Of a DNA stretch of 64,000 nucleotides, positions 31,549 through 41,019 are shown piece by piece. The notes below the pieces were generated by a model that was not told the origin of the DNA, did not search any database, and saw only the letters and a list, made by a program, of their open reading frames with translations. The position numbers and the translations under genes are program-made. This stretch comes from Candidatus Bathyarchaeota archaeon (lineage in GTDB: Archaea > Thermoproteota > Bathyarchaeia > Bathyarchaeales > Bathycorpusculaceae): positions 192,001-256,000 of the forward strand of contig CAWABA010000001.1 of NCBI GenBank assembly GCA_963780185.1. Direction: 5' to 3'. Numbering within the stretch: position 1 is the first letter of the stretch; every line of letters starts with the position of its first letter.

Positions 31549-32050
31549 TTCTTGTTCATTCTCCTACGCAAATTCTCGATTAATCCGCCGTCAACTAATA
31601 TCTCTAGGATAAATGGTGGCAGCTTCTCTACTTGAAACTTTTTGCCGTTGGAAACGTTTTCTATCTTGCCAGCTTCGAAATCCACCGCTAACTCGTCGCC
31701 TGTTTCAACCGCCGCCGATATGCCTTTGCATTCGATTACGGGCAAGCCGATGTTGATGGCGTTTCGGAAGAAGATCCGCGCGAAAGATTCAGCTAACACG
31801 CATTTTACGCCAGCGTACTTTAAGTGCTAGCGGTGCTTGTTCTCGGCTTGAGCCGCATCCGAAGTTTTTGCCGCCTACCACGATTACGCCTTTCTTTGGC
31901 TTTCTCGGGAAACTCTGGGTCTAAGCCTTCCAGTGCGTGTTTTGCCAGCTCATGAGGGTCAACCAGCATCAGGTATTGTCCAGGCAGGATGACGTCTGTG
32001 TCGATGTTGTTTCCGAATTTTATGGCTGGTCCTTTGATTTTCATGTTCAT
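31545..32050 (-). CDS. leuD: 3-isopropylmalate dehydratase small subunit (indel near 31890)
   Basis: [30 protein letters not shown]. Confidence 0.9.
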
Positions 32051-33315
32051 GCTTTTGCCTCCAGTTTTCTTGGGTCAGTGATTTTTCCTGTTACTGCCGA
32101 AGCGGCTACCGTTGCTGGGGAAGCTAGGAATACGCTGGCTTGGGTGCTGCCCATTCTTCCGATGAAGTTGCGGTTTGAGGTGCTGACGCAAGTTTCGTTT
32201 GCCGCCAGTAAGCCGATGTGTCCGCCAAGGCATGGTCCGCATGCTGAACCGCAAACTATTGCGCCTGCGTCAATGAAGATATCCATCAAGCCTTCGTCTA
32301 AAGCCTGCTTGTAAACTTCTTGCGACGCCGGAATCACAAGTGCCCGAACGCCGTCTTTTACGCGTCTGCCCTTCAGGACTTGAGCTGCTAAACGTAAATC
32401 TTCGATTCTGCCGTTGGTGCATGACCCGATGAAAGCCTGCTCAATCGGAACGTCGCCGACTTCTGAAACAGGTTTCACGTTGTCGACTGATGATGGGCAA
32501 GCAATCTGCGGCTCCAACTTTGAAACGTCAAAATCCACTGTCCGTTGGTAAACCGCGTCTTTGTCGCTTTTCAAGTCTTCAAAGTTTGGCAGAGTTTTGA
32601 CTCTTCCTTCTAGGAATTTGCGGGTTGTTTCGTCGGGTTCGATGATGCCGTTTTTGGCGCCCATCTCCACCGCCATGTTGCACAGCGTCATTCTTCCCGC
32701 TATGCTCATGTCTTTTATTGTTGGACCTGTGAATTCGGCGCTTTCGTAGGTGGCGCCGTCAACGCTTACTTTTCCGATTATTGATAAGATCAGGTCTTTC
32801 GCGGTGACGTACTTTGGGAATTTCCCTGTCACGTTTATTTTGACGGCTTCAGGGATTTTGAGCCAAATCTTTCCAGTGGCTAAGACTGCCGCTGCTTCGG
32901 TTGAGCCTATTCCTGTTGCGAACGCTCCGAATGCTCCGTAAGTGCATGTGTGCGAGTCGGCGCCGACGATTACTGTTCCTGGAACCACGTGTCCCTTTTC
33001 AGGCATGACTTGATGGCAGATTCCGCCTTTGCCCACGTCGTAAATGCGTAGGTTTTGGTCTTTGGCGAATTGACGCATGGTTTTATGCAGTTCCGCGGCT
33101 TTCACGGATTCAGCTGGCACCTGATGGTCCAGTATAACCACTGCTTTTTTGTTGTCCCAAACTTTCTGTACGCCTATTTTTTTGAAGGCTTCAACGGCTA
33201 ATGGCCCAGTTAAATCGTGCACCATTACCATGTCAACGTTTGCGTCGACTATTTCTCCTGGATGCACGGCTTTTTTTCCTGAGGCTTTAGCCAAGATTTT
33301 TTCTGTTATGTTCAT
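32047..33315 (-). CDS. leuC: 3-isopropylmalate dehydratase large subunit
   Basis: HD, DH, GICHQ, DSHTCT, GSCTNGR, CGPCLG, TSNRNF. Confidence 0.93.
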   Translation of the reverse strand: MNITEKILAKASGKKAVHPGEIVDANVDMVMVHDLTGPLAVEAFKKIGVQKVWDNKKAVVILDHQVPAESVKAAELHKTMRQFAKDQNLRIYDVGKGGICHQVMPEKGHVVPGTVIVGADSHTCTYGAFGAFATGIGSTEAAAVLATGKIWLKIPEAVKINVTGKFPKYVTAKDLILSIIGKVSVDGATYESAEFTGPTIKDMSIAGRMTLCNMAVEMGAKNGIIEPDETTRKFLEGRVKTLPNFEDLKSDKDAVYQRTVDFDVSKLEPQIACPSSVDNVKPVSEVGDVPIEQAFIGSCTNGRIEDLRLAAQVLKGRRVKDGVRALVIPASQEVYKQALDEGLMDIFIDAGAIVCGSACGPCLGGHIGLLAANETCVSTSNRNFIGRMGSTQASVFLASPATVAASAVTGKITDPRKLEAKA

Positions 33316-33362
33316 TTTTGATTCTCTTCTTCTAACGATTGATTTTTTTGTTTCTGATAACT

Positions 33363-33406
33363 ATGACAAGTTTGTCATTCTAAGAAAACTTGAAATTAAG
33401 GGTTTC
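33363..33406 (-). promoter_or_regulatory. Internal leuC promoter with a perfect 7-2-7 palindrome
   Basis: Minus strand GGAAACCCTTAATTT (BRE/TATA), followed by ATGACAA-AC-TTGTCAT (33363-33378) at about the expected TSS. Confidence 0.55.
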
Positions 33407-33422
33407 CGTTCACGGCGACGAT

Positions 33423-33935
33423 TTATTCGTCTATTCTTACCGATTTTGCCCCTCTTGCCAACGCTGTTATGCCTGTTCTTGCGAGTTCAATGACGCCTGT
33501 TGCCTTCATCAAGTTTAGGAACGCGTCGAGTTTGTCAGGTGTACCCGTGATTTCTATGGTTAGGCTGTCAGTGGAGACGTCGATGATTCGTCCGCGGAAG
33601 ACTTCTACGCAGTTTATGATGTCTGAGCGGTCTTTGGCGCTGGGAGAGTTAACTTTTATCAGTGCTAGTTCACGCATTACGTAGGTTCCGGGTTCCAGCT
33701 CTTCGACTTTGAGCACATCGATGAGTTTTGCAACTTGCTGGATGACTTGAATTATTGTTCTTTCATCCTCTTTGACTGTGATGGTCATACGCGCGATGTC
33801 TTTTCGCTCGCTTGGGCCAACCGTGATGCTTTCGATGTTAAAGTTTCTACGTCGGAACAGGTTTGAAACTGCGAAGAGGACACCTGGCTTGTTTTCGACA
33901 AGCACCGAAATTATTTTGGTTCTTCCAGGTTCCAT
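33423..33935 (-). CDS. ilvN: Acetolactate synthase small (regulatory) subunit
   Basis: SVLVENKPGVL, RRNFNIESITV, RELALIKV, ELARTG. Confidence 0.95.
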   Translation of the reverse strand: MEPGRTKIISVLVENKPGVLFAVSNLFRRRNFNIESITVGPSERKDIARMTITVKEDERTIIQVIQQVAKLIDVLKVEELEPGTYVMRELALIKVNSPSAKDRSDIINCVEVFRGRIIDVSTDSLTIEITGTPDKLDAFLNLMKATGVIELARTGITALARGAKSVRIDE

Positions 33936-35647
33936 CAGTAGTCACCTCTCTGTTGTGGCAAACCGCAGCCCGGCGGGACGAAGGGTACAACGTCGTGCTC
34001 GGAGCCTATTGGCACATCGATTACCGTGGTAACATTACTGGTAAGCGCTGTCTTAACTGCTTTGTGGAATTCCTCGATTGACGTCGCCCGTAGACCCTGC
34101 GCTCCGTAAGCCTCTGCCAACTTGACAAAGTCAGGTGTTTTGCCTAGGTCAATTGCCATGTAGCGGCGTTTGTAGAGCATTCGTTGCCACTGCGCCACCA
34201 TGCCCAGCACTGAATTGTTAAGCACTATGACGATGACGGGGATCTTTTCAGCTACGGAACACGCGAGTTCTTGCTCGGTCATTAGGAAACTGCCGTCGCC
34301 AGCTATGTCCACGACTGCTCTGTCTGGGCAAGCCACTTTTGCTCCTATAGCCGCTGGGAAACCAAAGCCCATGGTTCCAAGTCCGCCTGAACTGATGAAA
34401 GTTCTCGGCTTCAACGCTTGGAAGTATAGGGCTGACCACATTTGGTTTTGACCAACTTCGGTAGTGACGATGGTGTCCGCAGGTAACAGGTTTCTCAGCT
34501 CCATCAGCAGGGCTTTAGGCACTAAGTCTCTGGGTCTGTCTTTTAGCATTGGGCTTAACTGCTCTTTGGCTTCTCTAACACGCTTAGACCACAAGCTAAC
34601 TTTCATCCTTGGCAGCTTCTTTGTTGTAGCAGCCAGCAGATGCTTCAGCGACACTTTAGCGTCTCCAACGATTGGAACGTCAACTTCAATGTTCTTGCCG
34701 ATTTCCGCCGCATCAATGTCTATGTGAATCTTTTTGGCGTTGGGCGCAAAAGTGTCTAAATTGGCGGTTGCACGGTCAGAAAACCTTGTTCCAATGGCTA
34801 GCAGCACGTCGGCTTCGCCAATCAACCTGTTTGCAGCTGGGTTTCCATGCATCCCTATGCATCCAATTGACAGGGGGTGACATTCAGGAAAAGCGCCCTT
34901 ACCCATGAAAGTTGTCGCAACTGGCGCCATCAACAAATCTGACATCTGCATCAATTCGTCGGAGGCATTGGAAGAAATGACTCCGCCGCCAGCCAGAATC
35001 ATCGGGTATTCAGCCTCCGCCAGTAAATCCGCTGCCGCGCTGATTTTAGACAGGTCTGGCTCTAAGGCTGGTTTGTAGCCTCGGGCTTCGATTTTCTCTG
35101 TAATTCCCAGGTTTACTTCGGCGATGTCTGACTGCACGTTTTTAGGTATATCAATCAGGACTGGTCCAGGTCTGCCTGAGGACGCTATGTAGAATGCGGC
35201 GTTAACCATCGGTTGGATATCCGCGATGCTTCGCGGCTGATAATTATGCTTAGTGATGGGTGTGGTGATGCCGATGATGTCTGCTTCTTGGAAGGCGTCT
35301 CTGCCAATCATGTACGAAGAGTTGACGCCGCTAGAAGGAACCTGCCCTGTTATGGCTATCATCGGCGACGAATCCATAAACGCATTCGCGATTCCCGTAA
35401 CCAAGTTTGTCGCTCCAGGTCCCGACGTTGCCATGCAGACTCCTACTCGTCCGCTGGCTCTTGCGTAGCCTTCGGCGGCGTGTGCTGCTCCTTGCTCGTG
35501 TCTAGCGAGTATGTGCCTGATTTTCTCGTTGCCGCAGAGGGCATCGTACACTGGCAGTATGGCTCCGCCTAAGATGCCGAATATGACGTCGACGTTTTGT
35601 TTTTCAAGGGAATCTAAGAGTACTTTGGCTCCGCTCATTTTAGTCAT
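33935..35647 (-). CDS. ilvB: Acetolactate synthase large subunit
   Basis: RHEQGA, TSGPGATN, FQEAD, GRPGPV, GTMGFG, GDGSF…NNSVLGMV. Confidence 0.96.
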   Translation of the reverse strand: MTKMSGAKVLLDSLEKQNVDVIFGILGGAILPVYDALCGNEKIRHILARHEQGAAHAAEGYARASGRVGVCMATSGPGATNLVTGIANAFMDSSPMIAITGQVPSSGVNSSYMIGRDAFQEADIIGITTPITKHNYQPRSIADIQPMVNAAFYIASSGRPGPVLIDIPKNVQSDIAEVNLGITEKIEARGYKPALEPDLSKISAAADLLAEAEYPMILAGGGVISSNASDELMQMSDLLMAPVATTFMGKGAFPECHPLSIGCIGMHGNPAANRLIGEADVLLAIGTRFSDRATANLDTFAPNAKKIHIDIDAAEIGKNIEVDVPIVGDAKVSLKHLLAATTKKLPRMKVSLWSKRVREAKEQLSPMLKDRPRDLVPKALLMELRNLLPADTIVTTEVGQNQMWSALYFQALKPRTFISSGGLGTMGFGFPAAIGAKVACPDRAVVDIAGDGSFLMTEQELACSVAEKIPVIVIVLNNSVLGMVAQWQRMLYKRRYMAIDLGKTPDFVKLAEAYGAQGLRATSIEEFHKAVKTALTSNVTTVIDVPIGSEHDVVPFVPPGCGLPQQRGDY

Positions 35648-35743
35648 TTCATCGTTTCTCCTTTGTGAAAACTATACTCTCGTCTAAAGAAAGAAATGTT
35701 TGAAAATATTTGAGTGGCTGTTTCAGAGGGTTTCCTGGGTGAA

Positions 35744-35800
35744 TCAAAGAATAAGTACCCGACGATCCCAGCGATTGAGGTGACGATCCCTCATTTTCAT
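35744..35800 (-). CDS. Putative branched-chain amino acid leader peptide (18 aa, or 16 aa from the second ATG)
   Basis: MKMRDRHLNRWDRRVLIL*, ending GTA CTT ATT CTT TGA (Val-Leu-Ile-Leu), 96 nt upstream of ilvB. TATA-like TTTATTTTTAAG lies ~25-30 nt upstream, consistent with leaderless initiation. Confidence 0.62.
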   Translation of the reverse strand: MKMRDRHLNRWDRRVLIL

Positions 35801-35971
35801 GCCTCGTTAAATATTCCTTAAAAATAAACTGCTGAATCAATAAAAAGCTTGTGGTTAACGTTTAGTTGGATTCAATTTTTTGCGGGAAAAACCTTTTGTT
35901 TTTGGAGGTTTTTTCCTATTTTTTGGAAAGCCCTTATTACACAGAACAACTTTTTTCTTAGCTTGACCATT

Positions 35972-36157
35972 ATGTGCGAATTTAACGTTATTCTTGATGG
36001 AAAAACCCAGTTTAAAGATGTGATTTACGTTAAGGTTGACGGCGACAACGTGACGGTGAAGAACATTATGGGCGAATCAAAAGAGTTCAAAGGATGCAAA
36101 ATCACTGAGGTAGACGTCAACTACACTCGGCTGGTACTTGCGCGAGTAAAGCCCTAA
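35972..36157 (+). CDS. CooT-family nickel-binding protein
   Basis: MCE start and DVIYV…NIMGE…ITEVD pattern. TATA-like GAAAGCCCTTATTA ~30 nt upstream. Confidence 0.78.
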   Translation: MCEFNVILDGKTQFKDVIYVKVDGDNVTVKNIMGESKEFKGCKITEVDVNYTRLVLARVKP

Positions 36158-36228
36158 TTCTCGTTGATCTTGCGTTCTGAACCTTTTTTACTGCAAAGCA
36201 GCCTTTTGCCTAACGCATATTCAAGCTT

Positions 36229-36339
36229 TAAACCAAAAAAGCAACCCAAAACAAGCTCTGACGAAAACTCTCTATCGAGGAGGGGTACCCCATTTTTACA
36301 TCAAAAAACCAATGTAAAAATGGGTCAAAAAGACCGAGG
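36229..36339. repeat. Intergenic dispersed repeat and 13-bp inverted repeat
   Basis: 25-nt copy identical to 6553-6577. AGGGGTACCCCATTTTTACA is shared with 53260-53279 (reverse complement). Inverted repeat CCCATTTTTACAT/ATGTAAAAATGGG (36289-36324). Confidence 0.7.
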
Positions 36340-36551
36340 GAGACGGTCCACTGTTTGTGAACCGAAACAACCACAAAAATTATCTACGCTGAAAAAGCAG
36401 GATATTTGCCAAGTTGAGTCAAAGCCTTATCAACTAGCAAGGGTTCAGCCAGTTGTTAACTCAACCTGAAAGTTGGGTTTTCTGGCTTTATATATTTTGA
36501 AACCAAATAGTTTAAGTAAACATGGCAGGTCAACTTGGAAAGGAAGCGTAG

Positions 36552-37232
36552 ATGAGCAGCAGGCAAGAGTTCGAAGAGGACTTAACGTTTTTTCTGTCAA
36601 GGTTAACAGTCGATTCCGATGAGATAGTTAAAAACAAACTTAACGTCCTCAAAAACTGTCTCGTAGACTTGCGGAAAGCAAACATTGTAAAAATCAACCA
36701 TTCCGTGATGGAGCTCGCCTGCGCCAAATACCTAGTCACGAAAGGCTACGAGGTCCAGATCGAACATGTCCTCAACGAGATTTTAACCTGCGACCTGTTC
36801 GCAACCAAAGGCTTGGGAAACCTTATTGTTGAGGTTGAAACAGGCTTCATCCCGCCTGAAAACGCCCTGGCGCCGCTGACGTATACTTCTGCGCGTTTGG
36901 CGAGCAAAATAATCCGTTACAGCAGCTTCGCGGGGAAATTCGCGTTGGGCGTTCCACCCCACTACATCCTGCCTTTCCCCCGCGCTTTAGCTAAGCCGCC
37001 GCGGAACCGTGAAGACTGGGAAATCCAGCAGATAAAGCGGCTCTGCGACGCGTACTATCAGAAGCCGCCTGTGACGATTGAAGAAATAAGAAACGCGCGA
37101 ATCCATGAAATCTACATCATCGACGTGGACCACGCGAAAGTCCAGGAAATCGATCCTGAAGCCTACTTGAAAAGAGCCATTCAAAGAGGCATCGTCTACG
37201 ATTACATGCCCGCCGAGGTAAGGGGGCAATAA
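36552..37232 (+). CDS. Conserved archaeal hypothetical protein, PD-(D/E)XK-like
   Basis: NHSVMEL, CDLFATKG, IVEVETGF, ASKIIRYS. Confidence 0.65.
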   Translation: MSSRQEFEEDLTFFLSRLTVDSDEIVKNKLNVLKNCLVDLRKANIVKINHSVMELACAKYLVTKGYEVQIEHVLNEILTCDLFATKGLGNLIVEVETGFIPPENALAPLTYTSARLASKIIRYSSFAGKFALGVPPHYILPFPRALAKPPRNREDWEIQQIKRLCDAYYQKPPVTIEEIRNARIHEIYIIDVDHAKVQEIDPEAYLKRAIQRGIVYDYMPAEVRGQ

Positions 37233-37235
37233 CCG

Positions 37236-37490
37236 GTGTCTTTCTGCGTTTACATTCTTCTATGCAGCGACGGCAGCTTCTACACGGGCTACACCAAAGA
37301 TTTGGAGGCAAGAACAAAACTGCACCTGAACGGCAACGGAGCAAGATACACCAAATCACACAAGCCAGAGAAAATCGGGTACACGGAGCTGTTCAACTCC
37401 AGAAGCGAAGCGATGAAACGCGAAAGGGAAATAAAAAAGCTAAGCCACCAGCAAAAACAAGACCTTGTCAACTCACAAAACAAGAAATAA
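37236..37490 (+). CDS. GIY-YIG nuclease (UPF0213)
   Basis: VYILLCSDGSFYTGYT, H-x2-G-x-GARYT, EAMKRE. Confidence 0.92.
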   Translation: MSFCVYILLCSDGSFYTGYTKDLEARTKLHLNGNGARYTKSHKPEKIGYTELFNSRSEAMKREREIKKLSHQQKQDLVNSQNKK

Positions 37491-37532
37491 CCTTTCCTCA
37501 CCACCAGCGCCTTGGACCTAAAAGCTGCTGTG

Positions 37533-38774
37533 TTAGAGTATTAGCGTTAATGCTGCGCCGGTGATTACTGGAATCAGTACGTTGTCGTTTATCGGCAACG
37601 GGAGCACTTCAACGGTCATTGCTATTGCTGCGCCTGCAAGAGCCACAAGCGGCTTACCCGGTAAGAAGAACATGCCTGCTAAAAACGCGAAAAACAGCCC
37701 TGCCAAAGAGCCCTCCCAAGTTTTTCCCTTGTTAAAAGGCAAAGACGTCGAAATTAAACCTCCGAAAAGTGACGCTGTGCTGTCGCCAAGGCAAAACATG
37801 GCTATTGCCGCGGAACTTGCTTGATGGGGAAAAACAACTAAGGTAAACAGGATGCCGCCGGCAAAATACAGAGGTGCCGCCGCGAATCCGTGCAGTTCAG
37901 ACTGAGACGCTGCATGGCGGGTCACTGCCGAAACAAAAGTCAGATTTCTGCCTTCTAGGCGCCAAAGCTCAGAAATGGTGTATACCAACGCGATTAGGAA
38001 AATTAGGGTGCCGACTGCGGGTACTCCGATTAAGCTGGCGATGACTGGCATGAAAACCCCGGATGCGTGGATGTCTTCTCGAACAAAATCGTTTGTCGAT
38101 GGGAACGAGCGTTTGCGTGGTTTTCCGTCTATTATCGGGATGATTGCGGAAAGCTTGCCGTTTACCACTCTGTCTGCCTTAACCCGTAGGACGAAATCAG
38201 GGTTAAAACCGATTTTCAGCATTCCAGGCAGGTACATGCAGCGGTTGTTTCTGTCGTCAGCAACTACAACGCAGTCCCGCAACCTCAGGTTCTCAGCCGT
38301 CATTATCTGGGCAACAATCTTCAGTTTTCCGTCAGGTTGAATCGCGTCACCCCAGATTTTGCCCGTTAACACGCCATCTGCAGTTTCAACTTCAACCCCG
38401 TAAGCGTACTCCGCACCTAAGGCTGTGGCTAGTTCTTTAACGACAACTGTGGGTAATCCCGAGCTGATTAAGGCAATCTTGCAGTTTCTTGCTTTTATCT
38501 GTGAAAAGATGCCTTTAAGGTAGGTTGTTGACGAGATTTTCTCGAAAGCTTCCGTGAGAACTTCAACCTTAACCCCTTTCAATTCGTTGAACAAGCGGTT
38601 TAGCACTAAATCAAGTCTGAGAATTCCTGTTTCATAGAGGGAACCGAAGAATAGAAGCTTAATCAGCCTAACGAAGCCTAGTTTCTTCCCAACTTCAAAT
38701 AAGAAGCGGTTTTTCGGAACAAGAACCCCTTCAACATCGAATACCACAAGCCTAGTTTTCTCTGACGCAACCAT
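37533..38774 (-). CDS. HAD phosphatase (SerB-like) fused to a dolichol/phytol-kinase (CTP_transf_1) membrane domain
   Basis: N-terminal FDVEGVL, LISSG, GKLK, ADDRNN. C-terminal REDIH, GDSTASLFG, KTWEGS, NDNVLIP. Confidence 0.8.
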   Translation of the reverse strand: MVASEKTRLVVFDVEGVLVPKNRFLFEVGKKLGFVRLIKLLFFGSLYETGILRLDLVLNRLFNELKGVKVEVLTEAFEKISSTTYLKGIFSQIKARNCKIALISSGLPTVVVKELATALGAEYAYGVEVETADGVLTGKIWGDAIQPDGKLKIVAQIMTAENLRLRDCVVVADDRNNRCMYLPGMLKIGFNPDFVLRVKADRVVNGKLSAIIPIIDGKPRKRSFPSTNDFVREDIHASGVFMPVIASLIGVPAVGTLIFLIALVYTISELWRLEGRNLTFVSAVTRHAASQSELHGFAAAPLYFAGGILFTLVVFPHQASSAAIAMFCLGDSTASLFGGLISTSLPFNKGKTWEGSLAGLFFAFLAGMFFLPGKPLVALAGAAIAMTVEVLPLPINDNVLIPVITGAALTLIL

Positions 38775-38894
38775 TTCTCTCTAAACTCACAAGTCAGCCT
38801 CGCTGCCTAAACAGGAAATGGTAACTTGTTAAAGATAAATTATACTGTCAAGCCGAAAGCAGACGCGAAAGTTTCATTTGAAAATCTGTCGGTG

Positions 38895-39680
38895 CTATTC
38901 TTTTCTGAATTTGGCGGCTCGATTAGCGATTAAAGTTGCTGCTGCGCCCGCTGCGACTCCCGCGTCAATGTTGACGACAGATAAACCCAGCGAGCATGAC
39001 TGCAGCATAGCCATCAGGGTGCTTACTCCTTTTTCGCCGAAGCCGTAGCTGTTGGAGGTTGGAACCGCGATCACGGGAACATTAACCATGCCGGCGACGA
39101 CGGAGGATAGGGCGCCTTCCCTGCCTGCGACGACAACTATGACGTCAACGTCCTTCATGATTAAGTCCTTCAGAGGCGCAAGCAACCTGTGGATGCCTGC
39201 CACACCTAAATCGTAAGAAGCATAAACTTCGCAGCCCATCTCTTCGGCAATAACTTTTGCCTCTTCCGCAACAGGAATGTCAGACGTGCCCGCCGTTAGA
39301 ATCCCCACTTTTCCACCTGTACTTTTCACGGAGAACCCCTTGGTTTTTACGACGGCTATTCTTGCTCTCTCATTCACCGAAAACACCGCCTCTTGAGGTA
39401 ACGCGTTTTTGAGCGCTTGAATTTGCTGTTGGTTGCATCTGCTGACTATGACTCTTCCGCATTCCCCCATCATCCGCAGGGTTATGTCAACAACGTCCTC
39501 TGTCGTCTTGTTTTCCGCCAAGATTACTTCAGGAATGCCTTTTCTCTGTTCCCTGTTAAAATCTATCTTCGCCATACCTTCAAGCTCAGCGACGGCTTGC
39601 AGACGCACAAGTTTTTCGGCTTCTTCAGCCGTCAACTCGCCTTTAGCTGTTTTTTCCAAAATATCCTTCAGCGCGCTCAT
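38895..39680 (-). CDS. larB: Nickel-pincer cofactor biosynthesis protein LarB
   Basis: GIPEVI, AGTSDIPVAEEA, DLGVAGIHRL, AGREGAL, AVPTS, VNID. Confidence 0.93.
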   Translation of the reverse strand: MSALKDILEKTAKGELTAEEAEKLVRLQAVAELEGMAKIDFNREQRKGIPEVILAENKTTEDVVDITLRMMGECGRVIVSRCNQQQIQALKNALPQEAVFSVNERARIAVVKTKGFSVKSTGGKVGILTAGTSDIPVAEEAKVIAEEMGCEVYASYDLGVAGIHRLLAPLKDLIMKDVDVIVVVAGREGALSSVVAGMVNVPVIAVPTSNSYGFGEKGVSTLMAMLQSCSLGLSVVNIDAGVAAGAAATLIANRAAKFRKE

Positions 39681-39758
39681 GGATTAGTCACTTGCATAGA
39701 AACCACAAGTAATATATCGTTTTTGCCTTTTTTAATATTAGCAAGCGGTCGAAAGATA

Positions 39759-41009
39759 ATGGTGGAGTTTTCTAAAATAGTTATCGTTGACTGCCAGGTA
39801 GCTGGCGTTTCTGGAGATATGATGCTGGGCGCGTTGCTGGATCTTGGCGCAAACAAAGAGAAAGTTACCGCCGCCATAAAAAGCCTGGAAAACGCCGAAT
39901 GCGGCTACAAAAACGTCGAGGTAAATATCGAGCATGTCATGCGAAGGGGGTTCAGGGCAACCAAAGTCGACGTTACCGCCGAAGGAAAATCAAGAAAAGA
40001 TGGCGCACAACTAATCGCGATTGTTGAGAAAACATCGGAGAAGCTGGAGCTTTCCGCCAAAGCAAGGCAGTTCGCCTCAAACGTCATTCACACGCTCGTT
40101 GACGCTGAAGCGAAACTTCACGGGCACCACTTAGCCGACGTACATCTGCACGAGGTCGGGTTGGTTGATACCGCCGCAGAAATCATCGGGTCGGCAGTTG
40201 CCATGGAAGACCTCGGCTTCTTCAACGCAAAAATTTTTTCGACACCCGTTTCCGTAGGCGGCGGGCTCTTTGAGTTTTCGCATGGCACCGTTTCAAGCCC
40301 CTCGCCCGCGGCTTTAGCCATTTTTCAATCTAAAAATTTCCCGATTAAAGGGGGACCCGTCGAGTCAGAGTTAGCTACACCTACAGGGGCATCATTAATA
40401 GTTAATTTGGCGGAGGAAGTAAGCCGTTTTTACCCTGAGATGGCTCCGCTGAAGGTAGGTTACGGCGCAGGTGGAAAAGATTTTGCTGAGATTCCAAATG
40501 TTCTTCGAATCGTGATAGGTAAACCTTTAGGGAACTGCCTAGTGAATGACCAGATTGCGGAGTTGGAAACTAATATCGATGACGTTTCAGGCGAAATCGT
40601 GGGGCACGCCGTAGATAGGCTTCTCGCTGAAGGGGCAAAGGACGTGTGCGTGATTCCCATGTTCACCAAAAAGAGTAGGCCCGGGCAAATAATCAAAGTC
40701 ATCGCTGACCAAAAAGATGCCAAACGCCTCTCCCGCGTGCTGATCGAAGAGACAGGCACGCTGGGCGTCCGAGTTTCTCTTTGCGAAAGACACATTATGA
40801 ACAGGGAATCATCCTCGGTTGAAATCATCGTCGGCGGAGCAAAGGAGACTGTGAAAGTCAAAATCGCCAAAGACGCACAGGGAAACATCATACGAATAAA
40901 ACCCGAGTACGATGACCTCAAAAAATTGGCGGAAAAAACCCACAAACCGCTTCGAGAGCTTGCTGAGATGGCGGTTTCAAAGGCAAGGGAAGCCTTCATC
41001 AAAGAGTAG
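39759..41009 (+). CDS. larC: Nickel insertion protein LarC
   Basis: GVSGDMMLGAL, AEAKLHG, HLHEVG, ELATPTGA, ETNIDD, KKSRPG, ETGTLGVR, KPEYDD. Confidence 0.94.
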   Translation: MVEFSKIVIVDCQVAGVSGDMMLGALLDLGANKEKVTAAIKSLENAECGYKNVEVNIEHVMRRGFRATKVDVTAEGKSRKDGAQLIAIVEKTSEKLELSAKARQFASNVIHTLVDAEAKLHGHHLADVHLHEVGLVDTAAEIIGSAVAMEDLGFFNAKIFSTPVSVGGGLFEFSHGTVSSPSPAALAIFQSKNFPIKGGPVESELATPTGASLIVNLAEEVSRFYPEMAPLKVGYGAGGKDFAEIPNVLRIVIGKPLGNCLVNDQIAELETNIDDVSGEIVGHAVDRLLAEGAKDVCVIPMFTKKSRPGQIIKVIADQKDAKRLSRVLIEETGTLGVRVSLCERHIMNRESSSVEIIVGGAKETVKVKIAKDAQGNIIRIKPEYDDLKKLAEKTHKPLRELAEMAVSKAREAFIKE

Positions 41010-41019
41010 GTTGTCTCGC

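Noticed and set aside
18590-32050. Programmed frameshifting as regulation of amino acid genes
   Set aside because: The junctions share no slippery motif, and similar indels hit unrelated genes including psmA. Sequencing error is simpler.
35649-35840. 63-aa minus-strand ORF from the track upstream of ilvB
   Set aside because: It starts upstream of and spans the probable TATA and has no motif. The short VLIL uORF in another frame fits the promoter better.
39417-39758. N-terminal extension of larC in the ORF track
   Set aside because: It overlaps larB on the opposite strand. LarC homology starts at MVEFSKIVIVDC (39759).
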